From the NCBI GenBank assembly GCA_032718475.1, contig JAUCBJ010000219.1:1-32662 (forward strand): a DNA stretch of 32,662 nt, given 5' to 3'. Both the position numbers and the translations under genes were made by a program. The notes under the pieces are model-generated. The model saw nothing but the letters and a program-made list of their open reading frames with translations, made no database searches and was not told the origin of the DNA. This stretch comes from Nemertoderma westbladi. Taxonomy: Eukaryota; Animalia; Xenacoelomorpha. How positions within the stretch are numbered: the stretch's first letter is position 1; the number at the start of each line of letters is the position of its first letter. This document shows, piece by piece, positions 12,205 through 22,739 of this stretch.

Positions 12205-13480
12205 GGATCCCATTGAGAGACTGCTCCGTGGAAATCAGAATGGGTTCCGTAAAGGTCGTGGGACCATGGAGCCCATTTTGGCACTTAGAAGGAAAATTGA
12301 AGAGTTATCACAAAAGAAAGACAGGCATCTGGCTGTTATCTTTGTTGACTTCTTCAAGGCCTTTGATTCAGTCTCTCGCTCACGTACAGTATGTTCAGCA
12401 TACTTTCATTATATGGGATTCCTGATGAAATTATTGCAGCAATCAGATCAGTATACGATGGTTCGACAACATTTGTGACACAGAACCATTTGAAGTGTTA
12501 TGGGGCGTCCTCCAAGGAGACACACTTGCACCATTCTTGTTCATTATTGTGGTTGACTATGTTCTACGCATGTCCTTAGATCATTATAATGATGATGGGG
12601 TGATGATAACTCCACCTACTGGCTCCAGAAGTTGAGGAAATCCTGCCAAGTACCTAACTGATCTAGACTTTGCTGATGACTTAGGAGTACTCTCAGAATC
12701 ACCAGAGGGAGCCCAACGGCTCTTCAGCTCATTAGAACATGCTGCTTCTAGTGTTGGTCTTTTTATTAACTCCAGAAAGACCAAAATTTTGACAGTTAAC
12801 TTTGAAAGTGATAATTGAAGTCAGTCTCTGATCGGATGAGCATAAGCTCAAAAGATGGTATGCTTGAGCATGTGGATGACTTCTGTTACCTGGGATCATG
12901 GATCCGGAAGTCAGATGAGGACCTTCGAATACGTAAGGGAAAGGCATGGGCAGCCTTGAATAGGCTTTCCAGGATTTGGAAGTCGCCGAATATTAATTGC
13001 AAACTTAAGGTCCGGTTATTTAGAGCAGCAGTAGTTCCAGTACTCCTATATGGGAGTCCATGCTGGGCTCTAACTGCTGAGGACACCAAATCTCTGGACG
13101 GCACATTCACAAGAATGCTACGCCGGGTTCATTGTGTCAAGTTCAATGCACACATCTCCAACCAGACACTATATAACATTGTAGGTGTCTCATTGGTTCC
13201 CCCAAGCTTGACACTAGAACAAAATCGCCTCCGCTTTGCAGGACATTGCTTTCGTCGTGAGGACCAGCCAGTGCATAATCTTGTACTTTGGCAGCCTCAT
13301 GGAGTGAATAAGCATGATGGACAGCCCATGACTTTCTTGAGATGCATCTTAAAGGACACTGGCCTTGAAGATGCGGATGATCTAGCAAATGTCGTGGGTG
13401 ATAAGGGAGTTGTGGCGGTGCAATTTTGTTGATAAGCCGGCACAGCATTCTTAAAAATGCAGCTGCAATGCAGCATGCCG
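12205..13480 (+). mobile_element. RTE-clade LINE reverse transcriptase fragment (frameshifted)
   Basis: RT motifs across frames: NQNGFRKGRGT, VIFVDFFKAFDSV, GVLQGDTLAPFLF, DLDFADD, VDDFCYLGSWI, LLYGSPCW, RLRFAGHCFR. Confidence 0.92.
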
Positions 13481-15100
13481 ATCCTAGTAGTAGTAATATC
13501 AATTATGTTTTACATGTGTTTAACGTAATCTTTGCACAGGAAAGACAGCTTCTAAATAGGTGATAATTAAGGGTCAACTTCACATCAACCTCAGATACCA
13601 GGTTTAAAAGGGCCAGTTTTGGATGTTTTAAACAGTCAGTAACAACAGGCCTAGTAGATGGCAGCCTCGGCAGCTAATTTTGGCTCTGCTTCTTGGTATC
13701 GGACCTAAACTACACCATTACTCTGATACCATCAGGGGAGGGGACCTAGTGGTGGATGTGTAGGTAAGGCTCCCGCTGAGAACTGAGCTTTGGCCAACCA
13801 GCCCTGGAGCGCTAGCGCACCCTGCCCGCTCCGCTGGCTATTCAGTCCGTCCCAGGATCGATTGTTTAGGTATGAGGACAAAGTAGCAGCATCTTCCTGG
13901 GTTTTGTCTCAGGTCAGATTATGGTAGAGCTTGCACTCTTTGCCCGTAAACTTAGTGGAGCGACCAGCGACCTCGGTTAATCCTCTAAGTCATAGGACAA
14001 ATTAGCAGCTAACCATCTGCATCCAATCGGTCCCACCCCCATTTGGACACAGAAGGTAACCTAGTGTTTTGCACTATTGCCAAGTTTCCAATAGCGTGAA
14101 GCCGCACCAAGTTTATTACGATTTTTATCAGTCTTTTCCGACTTTTTTCCACATTTAGTCTTTATGACTAACTATGACCTTTATCAGACGCTTTTTGTAT
14201 TACATTCTTCACAGTATTTTAGCATCAATAAACGACTAAAATATTGTATTTTATGTACTATTTTTCGGTTATAATTTTTTTAGATTGTATTATTTTTCGA
14301 GGCTATACTTTGGATCCTAATGGACGCAAAGCACCCCTCACCCTGTATTTTCTTTTTCCCTCTTCTCAGAGATTTTTCAATGGTGTTACATTACACTATT
14401 TTTATACCAGAAGCAAGCAATATAGCATCTGGAGAGAACAGAAATCGCTGAGTTTTAGTGCTATCTGGAAAGGGTTGTGGATGTCCGTAAATAACAAGTC
14501 ATTGAAGGACCGTGTATTACTGCGAGCTATTTTCAAGTCAGTCTTGCTACCGAGAAACCAATTCAACTTTTATGATTACACTTTATATTTGCCAATTACC
14601 ATTATTTACATTTCATTATTTACATTCAAATTTTAAGCCCACCACCTGTTAAAAAAAGTTTGTTTCACAATCAAGTTTCAAATCGAGTCAACTTAAACTT
14701 TATAAAAAAACAATTTTAATTGGTAGTTCTTCTGGTCCCATATATTTGACCGAGTCTACCTGCGTTCGAATTTATATGTGTGCAATCCAATCTGATCAAG
14801 GATTGTTTTTATAGCTTTGGAGACTGTTGGTACAAATCTTATAAAACTTTAAGTATCATCTGTAAGATTGGGTGCTTCTTTTAGTTCTGGGTGTTGAGGT
14901 TTTTATCAACCATATCTAGCGGGTTGTTGTTTATATTAACATAACAGTATATCAGTGTCTCCGGCTCAGAAATAGTTCAAGCAACTTATCTTTATAATTT
15001 TAACCATCCTATTGTCCCGTTTATCATTGCTATAATACGTAATATTGGATGTCAACTCAGTGGAAAGACAGCTTAACAATAATTATTATACTTTATACAG

Positions 15101-18100
15101 GAGATGATGGCGGCACAATTACAGTAATTGATACGTTCCGTGAAGGTCAAACTGAAACAAAGAAAAGTATCAAACAGGTGGAAAGTATATTGGAGAAAGC
15201 TGAAGAATTAAAGGAAATTGTTGAGTATATCGGATGGGTTGGTCCCATAAATAAACCACTCCAGGGTAAGATAACTGATATAATTATATCTACTGTTGAT
15301 GTTCTTTCAGATAAGGAAAAACAACTTTACTTTAGACTGGATGCAGATATTTCTGAGTTAACAACACAGAATCTGGTTAGTATTTGGGGTTTAGATGAAG
15401 TTTCAACAATAGAAATCGTTAAAAAATTCAGGGACTTGGGACTTCTGTCTACAACTGAATTAAATTCACTGAAAGTTCCAAAACTTTTAATTAATTATAT
15501 AAAAGAACAAAAACTGCCAATAGAGATACTGGCGAGAGGCCCAGAAGCATTGGCTGCTTATAAAGCAGCTCTTTCTAAAGGGACTACATGGATACTGAAA
15601 ACCCGGTTAATGTTAGTGGGACAAGAGAGGGCTGGTAAAACTAGTTTGAAGAAGTCCCTTATTGGTCAACCGTTTGATATTAATGAACAAATAACAGATG
15701 GTATTGACTCATCTGCTAACTGTATTATAAATACCGAACAAAACACAGATTGGACCAACTTACGAGATAAAGATAAAGAAAACTTGGAGAAAGATGTCAA
15801 TGACTTTGTTACTAAACAAATAGCAAAAACTGTTCTAGAAAGTAAACAAGTTGCAGATAATAAAAGTGTGACTCCCATAGTTTCAACCTCTTCATCAGCA
15901 GCTAATGCTAAACCTACAGAGATTCCTATTACAGTTGCAAGTGGAAGTGGTAATAAAGTTCCAACCGTTAGTTTGTGGAGGAGGTTAGTTTCCAAATTTA
16001 CACGCAATAAAGAACAAATCAGTATTGAAGGTGAAGTCAGGGTCACAGAGGGAAGCATTAGTAGACATAAAGGAGGTACAGGATATATTCAATCCAAACA
16101 TGATTCTTCTGAAACACAAATCCTCAGCAAACATATCTAAAGGAGTAGAAGATATACTCACATCTGGTAAACCCCAAGATATTCTGGCTAAATTTAATGA
16201 GGAAGACAGTCGCTTTTCTCTACAGATAGTCGATTTTGGTGGCCAATGTATTTATTACACAACCCATCAGATATTTTTGAGTAGACGAGCTATTTATATA
16301 ATTGTATTTAATCTCTTGGAAAATCTTGAAAAAACTGCTGATATTATTTTCAGATCTGATGAAAACAATATTAATGAGTTTGTTTTCGGTGAGATTAAGA
16401 ATATTGAGTTTATTGAATTTTGGTTAAAAAATATTTATTCATTTGGTACAAAACTAGAAGTAAATTCTTGTCCACCTGTTTTTGTAGTTGGAACTCATAA
16501 AGGCAGCTTACATGCTGATCCTGATACTCAATCTGTAATAGCAAGTAAAATATTTGAAAAGATTAAGACCCATTTGGGTAAATCTTCATATACAGATAAT
16601 CTAATTAAAGATTACATTGCTATAGAGAATAATAGAGAAATTATATATGGTGGAGAGAAAGGACTTGAAAATTTACAGGCAAATATTGTCAACGAAATGG
16701 CAAATTTTAAGGAGGAAATACCTTTGCAATATCTAAAATTTGACCAACTTGTGTCTCAATTAATCACGGATGGTAAAGTTTATATTGACATTGACTTGCT
16801 AGAGATTAAATTAAAGGATATTGATGTAGAAATGGATAACATTGGTTTGAAAACCATGTTAGAATTTTACCACGATTTGGGTACAATAATTTACTTTGAT
16901 GATGAATCTCTAAGGGATACTGTTATACTGAGCCCAGAATGGTTGAGTGGAATGTTTACCAAAATAATAACTGTAAAAGATAAAATAAAGAAACAACATT
17001 TTACTTTCTGGAAGGACCTGGATAACAATGGTATATTACATGAAGAACTCCTTGATTATCTGTGGGAAGGCGTTCTTGATAAAAAACAATTTATGTTGAA
17101 TATTCTAGAACGTTTTGATTTATTATGTGAACGAGTTTTACCAAGAACCGAAAGAACATTGCAAGATGATGTAAAGTTGGCTTATTATGTACCTTGCCGC
17201 CTTAAATCTGTTAGATATACTCCATTCACACCAAGACAATGTAAAGTTGAATTTTATATTACATTCAAGAGTTTCTTACCGCAAGGATTGTACTACCGTT
17301 TAATTAAGAGAACTATTGATTTGTCATACATTGTAGGTAATAGAGTAATTCAACCTAAACTTTACCACAGAGTTGCTCAAATATTTTTAGATTTTAATCA
17401 TCAGGTAATTTTGGAAAGATCTTCTATTTCATTAAATTGGATTAAAGTTCATGTAGTTAGATCTGAGGTGTTGAGTTCGGGCGATGAACAAACTGAAAGT
17501 AAACTTGCACCAGATCCGGATATTGTTAATAAAGTAAATCATTTCATTAATACATCATTGAAGGAAATTATCACCCAAATGAGATTTAAAAATATTTCAT
17601 TTGATTTCGAAATAAAATGTGAATGTAATGCTAAATGCGATCAACACAGATTACTTGACTGCAATGAAGAAGGGTGTTTTCACTTTGTTAAACTGGCTGA
17701 TATTTTATCAAATAATTTTGTTCAATGTAAATTTAATAACTCTGTTAGAAGTCGATTTATTAGTGGAAAATTCCCTGTTGTTGGGAGATTTAGCTCACAT
17801 TGGTTAAACATTACAACTAACCGAGATGACCTTATTGATAGACTGGAAATCTCAGAGTTACTTGTATACTTAGCAAGTAAGGGGGCTATATCAAAGGAAG
17901 TTTTAGCTGTTATTGAATCTAAGTCGAATTTGTTGAGTAAGAATAAGATTTTGTTGGAGTCAATAAAATGGGGATCAGAAAATAATTACAAAGTATTTAT
18001 TGAAGCATTATATGTAACCAATCAACCGCTTTTGGTTGAAATTTTGCATGAAAAAATCAAAATGGAAGACCAAATGTTCCCTGATATTCTAACAAAGTAT

Positions 18101-18478
18101 AAATATATGTTAATGAAAAATTTAGAACAAACTAAATTTGTTGCACAGCTTCTTGTTAGCCGAAACGTTATAAGTAAATCTATCATAGAAATAATCGAAT
18201 GTAAAGAATCAATAGATAGTAAGAATGTTGTACTTATAAACGCAGTAATGAAAAGATCTTACAAGGATTTTCTTACTTTTTGTAAATGTCTTCGTCTCAC
18301 CAACCAACATCATTTAGCTGATACTCTAGAGGAAGCAACCAAAGGTTATGATGCTGATATTGTAGACATTACCAATCAAGCTGATGAAGTTGCTGATATA
18401 GATAATACTAATCAAGGTGGAGAGGCCGCTGGGGTTATAGACGTTACCAATCAACCGGTGGAGAGGCTGCCGTTATAG
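15101..18478 (+). CDS. Main exon(s) of the ROCO gene: end of WD40, Apaf-1-like winged helix, Roc GTPase, COR, Cys-rich module, 2 CARDs; +1 frame break at about 15990-16140
   Basis: LPIEILARGPEALAAYKAAL leader; P-loop GQERAGKTS (15619-15645); TDGID switch I; DFGGQ (16232); YYTTHQIFLSRRAIYIIVFNL; VGTHKG; COR motifs LEFYHDLGTIIYF, VILSPEWL, ERFDLL, YYVPCRL. CARD-like helical domains lie near 17786-18052 and 18077-18334. ORFs 15049-16140 and 16025-18478 overlap in different frames. Confidence 0.85.
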
Positions 18479-21156
18479 ACATTGCCAATCAATGTAATGT
18501 AGCTGTTGTTATAGATGTTACCAATCAACAGGTGGAGAGTCTGCTGTTATAGACATTGCCAATCAAGGTAGAGGGGGTGCTGTTATAGACATTACCAATG
18601 AAGGTGAAGAGGCTGCTGTTATAGACGTTACCAATCAAGGTAGAGAGACTGCTGTTATAAACGTTACCAATCAACTGGTGGAGAGGCTGCTGTTATAGAC
18701 ATTGCCAATCAATGTAATGTAGCTGTTGTTATAGATGTTACCAATCAACCGGTGGAGAGACTGCTGTTATAGATAGACATTGCCAATTAATGTAATGTAG
18801 CTGTTGTTATAGATGTTACCAATCAACCGGTGGAGAGGCTGCTGGGGTTATAGACGTTACCAATCAACCGGTGGAGAGGCTGCTGTTATAAACGTTACCA
18901 ATCAAGGTAGGGGGGGTGCTGTTATAGACATTACCAATGAAGGTGGAGAGGCTGCTGTTATAGACGTTACCAATCAAGGATGAGAGGCTGCTGTTATAAA
19001 CGTTACCAATCAAGGTAGAGGGGCTGCTGTTATAGACATTACCAATCAAGGTAGAGGGGCTGCTGTTATAGACATTACCACTGAAGGTGGAGAGGCTGCT
19101 GTTATAGACATTACCAATCAAGGTAGAGGGGCTGCTGTTATAGACATTACCAATCAAGGTAGAGAGGGTGCTGTAATAGACGATACCAATCAAGGTAGAG
19201 GGGCTGCTTTTATAGACATTACCAATGAAGGTGGAGAGGCTGCTGTTATAGACATTACCAATGAAGGTTGAGAGGCTGCAGTTATATACATTACCAATCA
19301 AGGTAGAGAGGCTGCTGTAATAGACGATACCAATCAAGGTAGAGGGGCTGCTGTTATAGACATTACCAATGAAGGTGGAGAGGCTGCTGTTATAAACATT
19401 ACCAATCAAGGTAGAGAGGCTGCAGTTATATACATTACCAATGAAGGTGGAGAGGCTGCTGTTATAGGCGTTACCAATCAAGGTAGAGGGGCTGCTGTAA
19501 TAGACGATACCAACCAAGATAGAGGGGCTGCTGTTATAGACATTACCAATGAAGGTAGAGAGGCTGCTGTTATAGACGTTACCAATCAAGGTTGAGAGGC
19601 TGCTGTAATAGACGATACCAATCAAGGTAGAGGGGCTGCTGTTATAGACATTACCAATGAAGGTGGAGAGGCTGCTGTTATAAACATTACCAATCAAGGT
19701 AGAGAGGCTGCAGTTATATACATTACCAATGAAGGTGGAGAGGCTGCTGTTATAGGCGTTACCAATCAAGGTTGAAAGGCTGCTGTTATAGACGTTACCA
19801 TGAAGGTGGAGAGGCTGCTGTTATAAACATTACCAAACAAGGTAGAGAGGCTGCAGTTATAGACATTACCAATCAAGGTAGAGAGGCTGCTGTAATAGAC
19901 GATACCAATCAATGTAGAGAGGCTGCTGTTATAGACGTTACCAATCAAGCTAGAGAGTCTGCTGTTATAGACATTACCACTGAAGGTGGAGAGGCTGCTG
20001 TTATAGACATTACCAATCAAGGTAGAGAGGGTGCTGTAATAGACGATACCAATCAAGGTAGAGGGGCTGCTGTTATAGACGTTACCAATCAAGCTAGAGA
20101 GTCTGCTGTTATAGACATTACCAATCAAGGTAGAGAGGCTGCTGTAATAGACGACACCAATCAAGGTGGAGAGGCTGCTGTAATAGACGACACCAATCAA
20201 GGTGGAGAGGCTGCTGTAATAGACGATACCAATCAAGGTAGAGGGGCTGCTGTTATAGACGTTACCAATCAAGCTAGAGAGTCTGCTGTTATAGACATTA
20301 CCAATCAAGGTTGAGAGGTTGCTGTTATAGACATTACCAATCAAGGTAGAGAGGCTGCTGTAATAGACGATACCAATCAATGTAGAGAGGCTGCTGTTAT
20401 AGACGTTACCAATCAAGCTAGAGAGTCTGCTGTTATAGACATTACCACTGAAGGTGGAGAGGCTGCTGTTATAGACATTACCAATCAAGGTAGAGAGGGT
20501 GCTGTAATAGACGATACCAATCAAGGTAGAGGGGCTGCTGTTATAGACGTTACCAATCAAGCTAGAGAGTCTGCTGTTATAGACATTACCAATCAAGGTT
20601 GAGAGGTTGCTGTTATAGACATTACCAATCAAGGTAGAGAGGCTGCTGTAATAGACGATACCAATCAATGTAGAGAGGCTGCTGTTATAGACGTTACCAA
20701 TCAAGCTAGAGAGTCTGCTGTTATAGACATTACCACTGAAGGTGGAGAGGCTGCTGTTATAGACATTACCAATCAAGGTAGAGAGGGTGCTGTAATAGAC
20801 GATACCAATCAAGGTGGCTGCTGTTATAGACGTTACCAATCAAGGTAGAGATGCTGCTGTAATAGACGTTACCAATCAAGCTAGAGAGTCTGCTGTTATA
20901 GACATTACCAATCAAGGTAGAGAGGCTGCTGTAATAGACGACACCAATCAAGGTGGAGAGGCTGCTGTTATAGACATTACCAATCAAGGTAGAGAGTCTG
21001 CTGTTATAGACATTACCACTGAAGGTGGAGAGGCTGCTGTTATAGACATTACCAATCAAGGTAGAGAGGGTGCTGTAATAGACGATACCAATCAAGGTGG
21101 CTGCTGTTATAGACGTTACCAATCAAGGTAGAGAGGCTGCTGTTATTGACATTACC
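18338..21156 (+). repeat. 36-bp coding-derived minisatellite (about 78 units; peptide QGREAAVIDITN)
   Basis: The unit is CAAGGTAGAGAGGCTGCTGTTATAGACATTACCAAT. It begins in frame within the ROCO ORF and contains +2 insertions, a recurrent 5-bp deletion and TGA variants. Confidence 0.95.
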
Positions 21157-21969
21157 TGTGTGTTATCTTAATAATTCATTGCAGGAATTCCTTAAACAAA
21201 TTCGAATAAAAAACATTTCGTTTAGTTTTCATTTAAAATGTCAATGTAATTCAAAATGCGAACAGCACAATGAAATTAACTGTAGAGAAGAAATTTGTTT
21301 CCATTTTATTAAAATCGATGAAAATATTTCAGATAATAAAGTCAAATGTAAGTTTCATAAACATATGGAAAGCAACTTAATAAGAGAAAAATATACAGGT
21401 GATTTAAGTTCACATTGGAAGAAAATAACGTCTAAGGAGAATGAACTTCTAGATAAACTAGAAATATTAGAACTTATAATTTTCTTAGAAGCTAAGCGAA
21501 CTTTGTCTCGGGATGTTTTATCTATAATTAACTCGAAACCAAATGTATTCAGTAAAATAAAGACTTTATTGGAGGCAATAAAATGGGGTACAGAAAATAA
21601 TTACGGAATATTTATTGAAGGATTAAAGGAAACATATCAAACTCATATAGTAAATATTTTAGAGGATAAAACAACAGATGATGATAAAAAGTTTCCGTTG
21701 ATACTAACTAAATATAAGTTTGTTTTAGTTAATAGAATCGAACCAAACTTGGTAATAAAATTACTTTGTAGGAAACAAGTGTTTGGGGATTCTATAGCTG
21801 AATCAATCAATAGTAAAGAATCCACAGTGGCAAAGAATAATGAACTGGTCAACGCGATAATTAGAAGGTCATACCACGATTTTCTTACATTCTGTCAATT
21901 GACACAAATCAGGGTCAAATAGCTGATATCCTGACTACAGCTGTACATAATTTAGATGATTTAGTCTAA
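21155..21969 (+). pseudogene. Second, diverged Cys-module-CARD-CARD block (internal duplication of about 17535-18335), frameshifted near 21900
   Basis: YLNNSLQEFLKQIRIKNISFSFHLKCQCNSKCEQH aligns with FINTSLKEIITQMRFKNISFDFEIKCECNAKCDQH. Other shared motifs are SSHW, IKWG.ENNY, ILTKYK and RSY.DFLTFC. After 21900 homology continues in another frame as TNQGQIADILTTAVHNLDDLV* (TAA 21967-21969), matching TNQHHLADTLEEA. Confidence 0.8.
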
Positions 21970-22739
21970 ATATAAAAATAATTATATACAATTTTCAGTG
22001 TTTAATTTTGTTACCAACCAGAGATAAATAATGTTTTGGATATGATGGGAATATATCCCATAATAATGTTATTTAGCAAGAATGGTAAGGATAATATTTC
22101 ATACTTATTTTTAACTTATAGTGCCAGTCAGGGCCGGACAGACAATTTCTACTAGCATTTTATAGCTATTCGTGTCCGACCTACCATCCACTATATTAAA
22201 TATATAAAATTTAGTGCAATTTCTATTATATTACGGTAAATATACATTCAAGTTAAAGTTTGATAATTATTTTATAAGTTTTCTCTTTTATTGATGGAAA
22301 TACGAATTTCTCCTGATTTCGGAATCACAAACCAGTAAACTGTCAGGCTCTGAACCAAATCAAACAACCGCCTAAATTATAAAACAGATAACTTGAAATC
22401 TTTTAGTATCGCCGATCCGATATGATAACCTCGATTCTGGACTGTAATGAACCGACATGATTTGTTCCTTATCAGATATTCGTCGTAGTCTGAGAAACCA
22501 GGAAATCGGGAAACACAAACCTGGAATCTACTGGAACTCAAATATTAGTGGCTTAACGGAGATGTTGGAACCAAATTACTTGGAACACAATTATCGAAAA
22601 CTTCAGAATAAGTTAGTAATAAATTGTTACATGGAATATATCCTACAGTCGGGGTCTCAAAGTGTAATCTGGTATTACCGTTATTGTGAATACATTATTA
22701 ATAAATTATATTATTTCTACTTATTTTATAGGTAGAGCT

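Larger units (their letters stand above)
6970..15100 (+). other. Phase-1 GT-AG intron (8131 bp) filled with TE remnants
   Basis: Donor GTAATT at 6970 and acceptor ATACTTTATACAG ending at 15100. Joining gives ...RHIIT-G-DDGGTITVID, which completes a WD40 repeat in frame. Confidence 0.85.

Noticed and set aside
13640-14100. GC-rich stretch as an RTE 5' UTR or HDV-like ribozyme
   Set aside because: I could not build the required pseudoknot pairings by eye; an Infernal search would be needed.
14244-14800. 130-aa ORF and faint LINE-like motifs (LKDRVLL..KSVLLP; VDSVKYMG on the - strand)
   Set aside because: The motifs are too short, degenerate and on inconsistent strands to call.
15049-15100. 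ATG 15049 as the start of a separate ROCO gene
   Set aside because: These codons overlap the intron acceptor tract, and the following residues complete the upstream WD40 repeat.
18864-21122. Long - strand ORFs of LIGNVYNSSLST repeats
   Set aside because: These are the codon-aligned antisense of the 36-bp array. They have no unique flanking coding sequence, and the array originates in frame in the + strand gene.
18345-21184. 36-bp array removed as an intron (AAG|GT donors, TTGCAG acceptor at 21184)
   Set aside because: The AAG|GT donors before the stop are phase 1 but the acceptor is phase 0, and protein homology extends upstream of that AG.
22294-22735. Possible coding remnant upstream of the 30-bp array
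   Set aside because: I recognised no domain, and the frames are short or interrupted.
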